Below, in pieces: positions 1 to 8,639 of a DNA stretch of 64,000 bases; position 1 is the stretch's first letter; the number at the start of each line of letters is the position of its first letter. The translations under genes were made by a program, and so were the position numbers. The notes beneath the pieces are model-generated. The model did not search any database, had not been told where the DNA came from, and was given only the letters and a program-made list of their open reading frames with translations. Source of the DNA: an uncultured Actinomycetes bacterium (GTDB lineage Bacteria; Actinomycetota; Thermoleophilia; Gaiellales; JAICJC01); the NCBI GenBank assembly GCA_963744065.1, contig CAVUSN010000001.1, positions 217,659 to 281,658 of the forward strand, given 5' to 3'.

Positions 1-981
1 GTCGTGCAGCCAGCCGTAGGCGCCCAGCACCTGGCTGCAGGCGATCGCCGCCCGCAGCGCGGCGTCGGGGCAGAAGCGCTTGGCGTGAGCGACCGCCAGC
101 GGGCCTTCCGGGCCGCCCAGTGCGGCGGCGGCCTGCGCGTACAGAAGCCGGCTCGCCTCGAGCTCGGTGGCGACGTCGGCCAGCGCCCAGCGGATGCCCT
201 GGAAGTCGAGCACACGCTCCCCGAAGGCCGCCCGATCGCGGGCGTAGCGAAGGGCCACGTCCAGCGCCTGCGCGTGCAGCCCGGCGGAGATGGCGGCGAT
301 GTCGCAGCGGGCGATGTCAATGGCCGCGAGCGCCGCCCGCAGGCCGGCACCGGGTGGCGCCAGCAGCTCGCCGGGGGCGTCCTCCAGCAGCATCTCTCCG
401 ATCGGCAGGAAGGCGGCGGCGGCCTTGTCGTAGATGACCGGGAAGGACACGCCCGGGGCCGAGCGCTCGACGGCCAGAATGGCCATGTCGCGGTGGCCGG
501 GCTGGTTGCTGGTCTTGCACACGACCAGGAACACATCCGCCTCGCCGGCCAGCGACACCCAGGCTTTTCGCCCACGCACGCGCCAGCCATCGGCAGTCTC
601 GGTGGCCTGGGTGGTGATGGCCGTGGCGTCGGAGCCGGCCTGCGGCTCGGTCAGCGAGAACCCGCCCAGCTGGCGGCCGGCGGCCAGCGCCTCGCCGAAG
701 CGGTCGGCCAGCACACCGCCGGCGCCGCACACTGCCGCCGCCACCGCGTTGTGCATGGAGAGCGAGAAGGCGAACGCGGCGTCGCCGCGGCCCAACTCCT
801 CGAACACCTGCATGCCGTGCGGGAAGTCGAGCTCTTGGCCGCCCATTGCCGCCGGGCAGAAGAGCCCGGTCAGGCCTGACGCCTGCGCCACAGCGCGTGG
901 ATAGCGGCCCTGCCGCTCCCACTCCCTGACCGCCTCCGGGGCGAGCTCTCGGCGCGCAAACTGCGCCGCCCGTGACCGCAT
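1..981 (-). CDS. acyl-CoA dehydrogenase (C-terminal end outside window)
   Basis: Minus-strand frame is open from the window edge to ATG at 979-981 (327 codons). MRSRAAQFARRELAPEAVREWERQGRYP...LRAAIACSQVLGAYGWLHD reads as an ACAD family protein. The stop lies outside the window, so it is absent from the ORF track. Confidence 0.85.
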   Translation of the reverse strand, partial: MRSRAAQFARRELAPEAVREWERQGRYPRAVAQASGLTGLFCPAAMGGQELDFPHGMQVFEELGRGDAAFAFSLSMHNAVAAAVCGAGGVLADRFGEALAAGRQLGGFSLTEPQAGSDATAITTQATETADGWRVRGRKAWVSLAGEADVFLVVCKTSNQPGHRDMAILAVERSAPGVSFPVIYDKAAAAFLPIGEMLLEDAPGELLAPPGAGLRAALAAIDIARCDIAAISAGLHAQALDVALRYARDRAAFGERVLDFQGIRWALADVATELEASRLLYAQAAAALGGPEGPLAVAHAKRFCPDAALRAAIACSQVLGAYGWLHD

Positions 982-987
982 CCGGCG

Positions 988-997
988 ATTGTATAAG
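988..997. promoter_or_regulatory. AT-rich patch GATTGTATAAGC with overlapping divergent -10-like hexamers (TACAAT on minus, TATAAG on plus)
   Basis: This is the only AT-rich stretch in the 50-nt divergent gap. Minus-strand TACAAT ends 6 nt before the ACAD ATG, which would fit a leaderless mRNA. Motif-only call. Confidence 0.3.
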
Positions 998-1031
998 CTG
1001 CCGGTGGGGAGGCGAGTACCCGGAGGCAGCC

Positions 1032-1400
1032 ATGCAGCAGAACGGGAGCAGCCGGTGGTTCACGGAGCGTACTGTCGAGGCGGTGGCCGACGATGGCACG
1101 CGCGACGTGATCACGATCTGGATCGAGCGCAGGCCGGGCGCTCTGTGGGCGGTCGGCCGGGCGGTCGGCCTCAGCGAACGCCGGGATGGCGCCGTGCACC
1201 GCGACGACTACGTGTTTGAGGGCTACGAGATGGGTGATGCGCTGGAGGCTGCCAACGCCGCGCTGGCAGCGGAGCTCGAGGTCAGCCGTGGGGAGGGGCG
1301 CAGCCAGAGCATCACCGACTTTGTCCCGGACGATCTGCTGCGACCGCTGGAGCGCTGGTTCTTCGGGCACGATCCGCGCCCGCAGGCCGAGACGCGCTGA
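1032..1400 (+). CDS. hypothetical protein
   Basis: Track ORF 972-1400 trimmed to ATG 1032, which is preceded by GGAGG. No family recognised. Confidence 0.55.
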   Translation: MQQNGSSRWFTERTVEAVADDGTRDVITIWIERRPGALWAVGRAVGLSERRDGAVHRDDYVFEGYEMGDALEAANAALAAELEVSRGEGRSQSITDFVPDDLLRPLERWFFGHDPRPQAETR

Positions 1401-1409
1401 GCCGTCAGC

Positions 1410-1924
1410 TCAGCCGACCCGGCGGCAGGTCAGCCACACCAGCGGCACCACCGCGAAGGGCAGCGCGATCGACAGCACGACCTGGCTGGCGATCAGCGTG
1501 GTCAGTGTGTTCACGCCCAGTCCGATCACCAGCAGCGCCGGCAGCATCGTCACGAGCCGCCGCACGAACACCGACACTCGCCACTGCATGAATCCGTCAA
1601 CGATCATCTGCCCGGCCATGGTGCCAACGGTCGAGGACGACAGGCCCGAGGCCGGAAGCGCGATCCCAAACGCGGCCGGGGCGATGTTCCCGGGCAGCGG
1701 GTAGAGCGTGCTGTGGGCCTGCTCGATGCCGCTTACCGAGGTCCCGCTGGCGAGGATGGCCATCAGGTTGGAGGCCACCAGCACCCACAGGAGCAGATAG
1801 CCGAACTGCGCGCCGGCCTGGATGTTGGTGGCGAAGTTGCCCGGATCATGTATGCAACACTGGCAACAAAGGCCGGTCCCGGGAAGGGCAGTACGCGCTT
1901 TACGTGCGTGAACGGCGTGCGCAC
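1410..1924 (-). pseudogene. mntH: Nramp-family Mn2+/Fe2+ transporter MntH remnant (internal deletion plus frameshift)
   Basis: [26 protein letters not shown] is followed, after a 1-nt loss near 1846-1847, by [32 protein letters not shown]. That is fused directly to ..EQAHSTLYPL..ASGLSSSTVGTMAGQ..SQVVLSIALPF. About 200 central residues of a normal Nramp are missing. Confidence 0.8.
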
Positions 1925-1961
1925 CTCGATGGGCGCGACGGCTGTCGCACGGCCTTCGGGG

Positions 1962-2484
1962 TCACGCCTCGACGTCCACCCGGATGCGGGCCGCAAGCTC
2001 CACGCCCAGCGCCTGCCGCTCGCCCGCCACCGAGATGGTCACGGGCCCGCCTAAGGGCGCCTTGTCCTCCAGCTCGACCCGTGCATCGGGCAGCAGGCCC
2101 AGATAGCGCAGAAGTTGGGGATCGCCGTCCGGCACATGGCGCACAACGGCCGCATGGCCGGGCTCCAGGTCGCCCAGCCGCTCGCGATGGTCAGGCGGCG
2201 CCATGACCAGGTCGGCGGTGGGGATGGGGTCGCCATGCGGATCGGTCCGGGGGAAGCCGAGCGCCCGGTCGATGGTCGCCTCCAGCTCCTCCGACAGGTG
2301 GTGCTCCAGCCGGTCGGCCTCGCTGTGCACCGCGTCCCAGGGCAGGTTGCACCCCGTGGTACGGCCGGTGCTCCACCAGCTGCATGCCGGCCAGCTTCTT
2401 GCACATGGCGGTGGCGGACGCCGCGGACACCCCAAGCGCGGCGGCCGGCGCCGTGGTCGTCACCCGGCCATCGTCGCAACTCAA
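1962..2484 (-). pseudogene. DtxR/MntR-family metal-dependent transcriptional regulator remnant
   Basis: The wHTH part (..LGVSAASATAMCKKLAGMQLVEHRPYHGVQ, frame of ORF 2191-2484) joins out of frame near 2335-2345 to LPWDAVHSEADRLEHHLSEELE..DPHGDPIP.. (ORF 1962-2435). The roughly 30-residue linker helix and the N-terminal approx 20 residues are missing. Confidence 0.75.
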
Positions 2485-3311
2485 CCCAAGATCTGAAGCG
2501 GCGCTCGGTGCCCCTCCAGGATGCCGGCGGTGCGCGCCTCCCGTTCCAGGGTAGCCAGCGCCCGCTCGCCGTCGGCGCCCAGGTCGGAGGTGTGCCCGGT
2601 CACATACAGGTCGACGTACGGCCAGATCACGTCCTCACCGAGCTCCTGCGCGTACTCGCGGATGGTGGACAGGGTCTCCTGTTTGTTGGCCCAGGCGTAC
2701 GCGATCGAGTCCTGGATGGCGGCGGCCGCCGCCGCCGCCACCCCGTCGGGCAGATCGAGCCGAGCCAGGATGCCACCCAGCGGGATGGGCGCGTCGGCCA
2801 GCCGCTCGAATGACGCGCCCAGATCCTCGACCAGCACCAGCCCGTCGCGCTGGTAGGTCAGCCTGCCCTCGTGGATGAGTACGCCCAGGTCGGCCGCCCC
2901 GGCTCTCAGCGCATCGCCGATCTGTGAGAAGACGACATGTGAGATGCGGCCCTGACCGGGGTGCAGGCAGCGGTAGAGCAGGGTGGCGGTGGTGGTCTCG
3001 CCCGGACACAGCACGCGGGCGTGAGGCCACGGCTCGACGCCCTCGCGGGCCGCCACCAGCAGCGGCCCGACGCCGAACCCCAGCGCCGCACCGGCGCGCA
3101 GCACGCCGTAGCGGTCGCTGAGCTCGAGCGCCGCGTAAAAGCTGGCCTTGGACATGTCGTAGCGGCCGGCGGCCAGCCCGTCGTTCAGCTGCTGCACATC
3201 ATGCAGCTCGATCTCCCACTCCAGCCCGCGCAGGTCGACCTTGGCGTGCATGATGGCGTGGAACGCGAAGGTGTCGTTGGGGCAGGGCGAGATGCCCACA
3301 CGGAGCTTCAC
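2481..3311 (-). CDS. mqnD: 1,4-dihydroxy-6-naphthoate synthase (futalosine pathway)
   Basis: GTG start at 3311 inside track ORF 2481-3803. VKLRVGISPCPNDTFAFHAI..GVLIHEGRLTYQ..PLGGILAR is typical of MqnD. GTGA overlap with the upstream mqnB stop. Confidence 0.9.
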   Translation of the reverse strand: MKLRVGISPCPNDTFAFHAIMHAKVDLRGLEWEIELHDVQQLNDGLAAGRYDMSKASFYAALELSDRYGVLRAGAALGFGVGPLLVAAREGVEPWPHARVLCPGETTTATLLYRCLHPGQGRISHVVFSQIGDALRAGAADLGVLIHEGRLTYQRDGLVLVEDLGASFERLADAPIPLGGILARLDLPDGVAAAAAAAIQDSIAYAWANKQETLSTIREYAQELGEDVIWPYVDLYVTGHTSDLGADGERALATLEREARTAGILEGHRAPLQILG

Positions 3312-3865
3312 CGCAAGATCTCCGTCAGCCGCTCGGCTGCTGCCTCCAAGCCCTGTCGGATCAGCCAGCCGCCGCGGTCGCGTTGTCCGGCCAGGTTGGA
3401 GATGCCGCGCACGATCGTGGCCGGCACCCCGAACCGGTGCGCGGCCAGGGCGACGGCGTAGCCCTCCATCTCCTCGGCAGCGGCCTGCGGATGGCGGGCG
3501 GCCACCGCGGCGGCCACCCGGCGGTCGCGGCTGGCCTGGGCGACCGACAGGATCTCTGGTCCGTCGGCCGGCACCAGGTCGAGCACGTCCTCGCCCGCGA
3601 AGCCCAGCTGGAACGGCGTGCGCCCGCCGGCGCCGATGCCGTGACAGCGCACGCTGCCGGCCACCAGGGCGCTGCCCAACGGATGACGGTGCTCGTCGTA
3701 GGTGCCGGCCGCACCCACCAGCAGGACGCCATCGCGGGCCTCGGGGTGGGTGGCGATGGCGTGCGCCGCGTTGACGCCTGCGGCGGCCAGCCCGAACCCG
3801 CACACCACCACGGGTGCCGGCTCGTCGGCGCCGAACAGGATCTCGCGCTCGTACTCGGTGGGCAC
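3308..3865 (-). CDS. mqnB: futalosine hydrolase (nucleosidase family)
   Basis: Track ORF of 185 aa. ..VVCGFGLAAAGV..LLVGAAGTY..EEMEGYAVALAA..IVRGISNLAG matches the PNP/MTAN-like MqnB pattern. The adjacent mqnB-mqnD arrangement is as known in Streptomyces. The true start may be a few codons upstream. Confidence 0.8.
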   Translation of the reverse strand: MPTEYEREILFGADEPAPVVVCGFGLAAAGVNAAHAIATHPEARDGVLLVGAAGTYDEHRHPLGSALVAGSVRCHGIGAGGRTPFQLGFAGEDVLDLVPADGPEILSVAQASRDRRVAAAVAARHPQAAAEEMEGYAVALAAHRFGVPATIVRGISNLAGQRDRGGWLIRQGLEAAAERLTEILR

Positions 3866-3912
3866 CAGGATCAGCAGACGGTCAGACTAACGCGCTCCGC
3901 CCGCCGGCCCGT

Positions 3913-4872
3913 TCAGGTGATCTCGACCATGCGCTGGATCGCCCCGCGGGCCGCGTCTGCGATCTGCGCGGGCACACTGACCACGTGTTTGCCGTCGCGC
4001 AGGGAGTCGCGCAGCTTCTCCAGCGAGATCATCTTCATGTACCGGCACACCGCCCGCTCGGACATGGCGTAGAACCGCTTGTCCGGGGCGTCCTTGGCCA
4101 GCCGGTGCAGGATCCCGGTCTCGGTCGCCACCACAAACTCGGTGCGCTCCGACGCGGCCGCGTGGCGCACCATGCCCTCCGTGGAGAGCACGTGCGTGCG
4201 CCGGCCCAGCTCGGGGTCGTTGGCGGCCGCGTACATGCACTGGCTGGCGCAGCCGCACTCGGGGTGGATCAGCAGATCGGCCAGCGGGTGCGCTTCCAGC
4301 TGACGGGTGATGTCGGAGCTGCGGATGCCGGCGTGCACGTGGCATTCGCCGGGCCAGATCTTCATCTTGCGGCCGGTCACACGCTCCAGGTAACTGCCCA
4401 GAAACATGTCCGGCAGAAACAGAATGTCGCGCTCGGCCGGTACCGCCTCGATCACCTGGCGGGCGTTCCCGGAGGTGCAGCAGTAGTCGGACAGCGCCTT
4501 CACCTCGGCCGTCGTGTTCACGTAGCTGACCACCACCGCGCCCGGGTTCTCGTTCTTCCAGCGGCGCAGCGCATCGGCGTCGATGGCGGCCGCCAGCGAG
4601 CAGCCGGCGTCCAGATCTGGGATCAGGACGGTCTTTTCGGGCGCCAGGATGGCGGCCGTCTCGGCCATGAAGTGCACGCCGCAGAACACGATCAGCTCGG
4701 CGTCGGTGGCGGCCGCCTGCTGTGACAGCCCCAGCGAGTCGCCCACGAAGTCGGCCACGTCCTGCACCTCGCCGACCTGGTAGTTGTGGGCCAGGATGAC
4801 CGCGCCGCGCTCGCGGGCCAGCGCCCGCACCTCACCGGCCACGCTCGTGGTGGGAGCGCTCACGGTTGCCAT
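3913..4872 (-). CDS. nadA: quinolinate synthase
   Basis: ATG at 4872 (residue 300 of track ORF 3913-5769). ..ILAHNYQ..VADFVGDSL..FCGVHFMAETA..VVSYVNTTAEVKA..CTSGNA..HPEC.. are NadA signatures. Confidence 0.95.
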   Translation of the reverse strand: MATVSAPTTSVAGEVRALARERGAVILAHNYQVGEVQDVADFVGDSLGLSQQAAATDAELIVFCGVHFMAETAAILAPEKTVLIPDLDAGCSLAAAIDADALRRWKNENPGAVVVSYVNTTAEVKALSDYCCTSGNARQVIEAVPAERDILFLPDMFLGSYLERVTGRKMKIWPGECHVHAGIRSSDITRQLEAHPLADLLIHPECGCASQCMYAAANDPELGRRTHVLSTEGMVRHAAASERTEFVVATETGILHRLAKDAPDKRFYAMSERAVCRYMKMISLEKLRDSLRDGKHVVSVPAQIADAARGAIQRMVEIT

Positions 4873-5678
4873 CCGCGTACCTCCAGGGAGATGTCGAGCG
4901 CGGTGACGGAGTGGGTCAGGGCGCCCACCGAGATGGCGTCCACGCCGGTCTCGGCGATCTCGCCCACCCGCTCCAGGGTGATCCCGCCGGAGGCCTCGAG
5001 CAGCGCCCGCCTGCCCGTCCGGGCCACCGCCTGGCGCAGCAGCGGTGTATCCATGTTGTCCAGCAGAACGACGTCGGCTCCCGCCTCCAACGCCTGCTCG
5101 AGCTGGTCGAGGTCGTCCACCTCGACCTCCACCGGCAGGCCCGGGCGGGCGGCCCGGGCGGCGGCCACCGCCAGCGCGATTCCGCCCGCCAGCGCGATGT
5201 GGTTGTCCTTGATCAGGAACGCGTCGTCCAGCCCCAGCCGGTGGTTGTGGCCGCCGCCGCAGCGCACCGCCCGCTTGTCCAGGGCGCGCATGCCGGGCGC
5301 GGTCTTGCGGGTGTCCAGGATCCGGCAGCCGGTGCCGTCGACGGCCTGCACGTAGCGGCGGGTGGCGGTGGCGATGCCGGACATCCGCTGCAGCAGGTTG
5401 AGGGCAGTGCGCTCGCCGGTCAGGATCGCCCGAGCCGATGCCTGCAACGTCGCGACGGTGGCGGGCGGCTGGTCGATCCAGCTCCCGTCTGCCCGGTGCA
5501 CCTGCATGGCCGCCGCCGGATCGAGGTTGCGGAACACCTCGAGCGCCGTGTCCAGGCCGCAGACCACGCCCGTGGCCTTGACGACCACATCCGCCGTGGC
5601 TCGCTTGCCCGCCGGCACGATGGCGTCGGTGGTGACGTCGCCGCTGCCGACGTCCTCCTGCAGGGCCGCGCTGATCAT
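4860..5678 (-). CDS. nadC: nicotinate-nucleotide pyrophosphorylase (carboxylating)
   Basis: ATG at 5678 overlaps the nadB stop (ATGA). ..LQEDVGSGDVTT..GERTALNLLQRMSGIAT..ILDTRKTAPG..KRAVRCGGGHNHR..DNM..ASGGI.. are NadC signatures. Confidence 0.93.
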   Translation of the reverse strand: MISAALQEDVGSGDVTTDAIVPAGKRATADVVVKATGVVCGLDTALEVFRNLDPAAAMQVHRADGSWIDQPPATVATLQASARAILTGERTALNLLQRMSGIATATRRYVQAVDGTGCRILDTRKTAPGMRALDKRAVRCGGGHNHRLGLDDAFLIKDNHIALAGGIALAVAAARAARPGLPVEVEVDDLDQLEQALEAGADVVLLDNMDTPLLRQAVARTGRRALLEASGGITLERVGEIAETGVDAISVGALTHSVTALDISLEVRGWQP

Positions 5679-7171
5679 GCCACCGCCACCGCCACCGGCA
5701 CCGCGGAGTGCCTGCGCGTGGCCTGGGCGGGATCCTCGTCCGGGAAGTCGCTGCGCCGGTGCGCGCCACGGGTCTCGGTGCGGGCCAGCGCGGCCGCTGC
5801 GATCATCGAGGCGACCAGGATGGGGTCGCTGGGCGGCTGCTGCTCCAGCCAGACGAGCAGATCGGTCAGATGCTCCCCGTCGCGCTCCAGCCCCGCCTGA
5901 CTCCACATCCGCGCGCGAAGTTCGGTCAGCGGCGCGCGGGCCGGTGGCCTGCGGGGCGGATCCGCTGTGCCCGGGTCGGCGGCTGGCAGGTCCAGACCGG
6001 CGGCAACTGCGCGGTGGGAGAACACGAAGCACTCCAGCAGCGAGTTGGATGCGAGCCGGTTGGCGCCGTGCACGCCGGTGGCTGCACACTCACCGCTGGC
6101 ATAGAGGCCGCACAGCGAGGTGGCGCCGTCCAGGTGGGTCGCGATCCCGCCCATCAGGTAGTGGGCAGCTGGCGAGACCGGGATCAGGTCGGCGGCCAGA
6201 TCCAGCCCGGCCGCCGCGCACCCGGCGACCAGGTTGGGGAAACCGGCCCGCACCCGGTCCGGCTGCAGGTGGCGCAGGCTGAGATAGGACGCCTGCCCGG
6301 CCGCCTCGCGGCGGGCCAGCACCGCGGCCACATGGTCGCGCGGCGCCAGCTCGGCGTCGGCATGCTGGTCGGGCATGAACCGTTCGCCCCCGGCGTCGAC
6401 CAGATGCGCGCCCTCGCCGCGCACGGCCTCGGAGATCAGAAATGCCCGCTCGCCGACCGCGAGCGCGGTGGGGTGGAACTGGACAAACTCCATGTCGGCC
6501 GCCGCTGCCCCAGCCCGCACCGCCAGCGCGATCGCCTCACCGGTTGCCCCCGGCGGGTTGGTGGTGCGGGCAAACAGGGCGCCGGCCCCGCCGGTGGCCA
6601 GCAGCGTCATCCGCGCCGATACGGGCTGCAGCTCGTCGCGCCCCAGTACCCAGGCGCCATGGCAGCGTTCGCCGTCGCAGATCAACTCCACCGCTGCCGT
6701 GTGCTCGCGCACCGCGATCCGGGGGTGCCGCTCGACCTGCGCGATCAGTTGGTCGGCGATGGCGGCGCCGGTGGCGCTGCCGCCGGCGTGCAGGATCCGC
6801 CTGCGGCCGTGGCCGCCCTCGCGGCCGAGCGCCGGCGCTCCGTCCGGCCCGCGGTCGAAGCGCACCCCCCAGCGCTCGAGATCTCCGATCCGGCGTATGC
6901 CGTCGCCCACCAGCACGGCCACCGCGGCCGGTTCGGCCAGGCCGCGGCCCGCCCGCAGGGTGTCCTGGGCGTGCAGGTCGGGGTGGTCGCCGGGGCCGAT
7001 GGCGGCCGCGATCCCACCCTGCGCCATGAAGGAGTTGGAGGCGCGCAGCGAGCCTTTGGTGACGAGCGTGACGGCGGCTCCCCGGTCGCCGGCCTCCAGC
7101 GCCGCGGACAGCCCCGCCAGTCCGGCTCCGATGACCAGAAGGTCGGCGCGGGTTTCGGAGTCGGGGACCAC
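5675..7171 (-). CDS. nadB: L-aspartate oxidase
   Basis: Intact 498-aa track ORF. DLLVIGAGLAGLSAAL..AQGGIAA..FHPTAL..ISEAVRGEGA..GLYASGECA.TGVHGANRLASNSLLE..ETRGAHRRSDFP are NadB signatures. Confidence 0.95.
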   Translation of the reverse strand: MVPDSETRADLLVIGAGLAGLSAALEAGDRGAAVTLVTKGSLRASNSFMAQGGIAAAIGPGDHPDLHAQDTLRAGRGLAEPAAVAVLVGDGIRRIGDLERWGVRFDRGPDGAPALGREGGHGRRRILHAGGSATGAAIADQLIAQVERHPRIAVREHTAAVELICDGERCHGAWVLGRDELQPVSARMTLLATGGAGALFARTTNPPGATGEAIALAVRAGAAAADMEFVQFHPTALAVGERAFLISEAVRGEGAHLVDAGGERFMPDQHADAELAPRDHVAAVLARREAAGQASYLSLRHLQPDRVRAGFPNLVAGCAAAGLDLAADLIPVSPAAHYLMGGIATHLDGATSLCGLYASGECAATGVHGANRLASNSLLECFVFSHRAVAAGLDLPAADPGTADPPRRPPARAPLTELRARMWSQAGLERDGEHLTDLLVWLEQQPPSDPILVASMIAAAALARTETRGAHRRSDFPDEDPAQATRRHSAVPVAVAVA

Positions 7172-7208
7172 CGGACCTCGATATTAGCTCAAGTGACTAA
7201 AACGCGAG

Positions 7209-7234
7209 GGAATGGGTTTCGTGGTCGCGCCGTT
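7209..7234 (+). promoter_or_regulatory. SigR/SigH-type ECF promoter GGAAT-N18-GTT upstream of or overlapping the sigma gene start
   Basis: GGAAT at 7209-7213, an exactly 18-nt spacer, and GTT at 7232-7234. This matches the published SigR/SigH consensus. It lies in the nadB-sigma divergent gap. Confidence 0.6.
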
Positions 7235-7876
7235 ATGCAGACTGGCATGTTGCTGGTAGCTGATACGCTCGAGTCGATGGCCGACCACGACGACCGTGAG
7301 GGCACGCGGCCCGGTGTGCTGCCGGCGCAGGAGGCCCGCGACCGGGCCTGGTTCGAGGAGGAGGCGCTTGGCCATGCGGAGCACCTGTACCGGATCGCGC
7401 TGCGCCTGACGGGGGCGCCGCAGCCGGCCGAGGACCTCGTCCAAGAGGCCTATCTGCGGGCCTTCCGGGCGTGGCGAAGCTACCGCCCGGGCACCAATCT
7501 GGCCGCCTGGCTGGCGACCATCCTGCGCAACGCGTTTCTGGATGAGGCGCGCAAGCAGAACCGCCGGCCGGCCTCCGAGTCGCTGGACGAGCAGGGCGAC
7601 TACTACCTGTACAACCAGCTGGCCGGCGATCTGCCGGAACCCCAGGAGGAGGTCATCAACCGGCTGTCCTCGGGAGCGATCGTGGAGTCGCTGGCGGCCG
7701 TCCCGCCGGTCTTCCGGGAGGCGGTCGTGCTGGTGGATATCGGCGACTTCAGCTACGCGGACGCAGCAGAGATCCTGAACGTGCCGATTGGAACGGTGAT
7801 GTCGAGGCTGTACCGCGGCCGGCGGCTGCTCAAGCAGGCGTTGGCCGAGCGGACGGCGAAGGATGGAAAGGCATGA
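7235..7876 (+). CDS. sigH: ECF RNA polymerase sigma factor, SigH/SigR type
   Basis: Last 213 codons of track ORF 5708-7876. Region 2 (LVQEAYLRAFRAWRSY..AWLATILRNAFLD) and region 4 (FREAVVLVDIGDFSYADAAEILNVPIGTVMSRLYRGR) are present. In-frame alternative starts at 7247 and 7277 are more compatible with the promoter position. Confidence 0.9.
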   Translation: MQTGMLLVADTLESMADHDDREGTRPGVLPAQEARDRAWFEEEALGHAEHLYRIALRLTGAPQPAEDLVQEAYLRAFRAWRSYRPGTNLAAWLATILRNAFLDEARKQNRRPASESLDEQGDYYLYNQLAGDLPEPQEEVINRLSSGAIVESLAAVPPVFREAVVLVDIGDFSYADAAEILNVPIGTVMSRLYRGRRLLKQALAERTAKDGKA

Positions 7877-8115
7877 ACGTCGATCCGTGTCGTGACGCGG
7901 AGCATCGGCTGCAGCCGTACCTCGACCGGGCGCTGACGGGGGTCGAGATCTCGGCCGTCGAACAACACCTGGCCGAGTGTTCGTACTGCGCCGATCGGTA
8001 CGTGTTCGAGCGCCGGCTGCGCTCGCAGGTCAAGGACTGCTGCTGCGGCGAGGCGGTACCGATCGGGTTCGTCGACCGCTTGCGCACCCGCTGCAGCGGT
8101 CACTCAGCCGCGTAG
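7873..8115 (+). CDS. rshA: zinc-binding anti-sigma factor (ZAS, RsrA/RshA-like)
   Basis: 80-aa ORF overlapping the sigma stop by ATGA. H-x3-C-x2-C motif (HLAECSYC) plus an N-terminal Cys (DPCRD). Confidence 0.85.
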   Translation: MNVDPCRDAEHRLQPYLDRALTGVEISAVEQHLAECSYCADRYVFERRLRSQVKDCCCGEAVPIGFVDRLRTRCSGHSAA

Positions 8116-8639
8116 TCAACGTCTCCCGGCGGCCGCAGCCCGCGGCAGTCCACCAGCTCGGCAGGCAGCCCGCTGCCTGGCGTCTCGCCGTCCGCCGGCA
8201 GGTCAGACCACACCGACCTGGGCAGCAGCACGGGATGCGAGCGGCCTTCCCCGTAGTCTGCGGCCAGCACCATTTCGGGCCACGCCCGGCCGGCCTCGAC
8301 CAGCCGCTGGATGGCCCGCGGATCCAGGCCGGGGCCGTCGCCCAGCACCACCAGCGCCGCCTGCACGGCGGCGTCCAGCGCCGCCAGCCCGGCCCGCAGC
8401 GAGGCCGACTGGCCGGCCTCCCAGTCCTCCGCTCGGACAACTCGGACGGACTGCAGGTCGATCGCCGCAAGCACCTGGTCGGCCCGCGCCCCTAGCACCA
8501 GCACGCGGTCGTCCACCGGCGCCGCCGCGACCGCCTTCAGTACCTGCTCCAGCATCGGCCGGCCGTCCACGGGGTGCAGTTGCTTGGCGCCGCCGTACCG
8601 GCGTCCCGCCCCAGCCGCCAGGATAACGGCGGCGATCAC
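8100..8639 (-). CDS. MobA-like NTP transferase domain protein (molybdenum cofactor cytidylyltransferase-like)
   Basis: GTG at 8639 (GTGA overlap with the upstream gene). VIAAVILAAGAGRRYGGAKQL..DGRPML.. is a typical nucleotidyltransferase N-terminus. Confidence 0.75.
   Translation of the reverse strand: MIAAVILAAGAGRRYGGAKQLHPVDGRPMLEQVLKAVAAAPVDDRVLVLGARADQVLAAIDLQSVRVVRAEDWEAGQSASLRAGLAALDAAVQAALVVLGDGPGLDPRAIQRLVEAGRAWPEMVLAADYGEGRSHPVLLPRSVWSDLPADGETPGSGLPAELVDCRGLRPPGDVDYAAE

Noticed and set aside
5708-7234. Very long plus-strand track ORF (722 aa) antisense to nadC/nadB.
   Set aside because: Only the last 213 codons (7235-7876) look like a protein, the ECF sigma. The rest is Arg/Gly/Pro-rich shadow frame opposite two unambiguous genes, as expected at this GC content.
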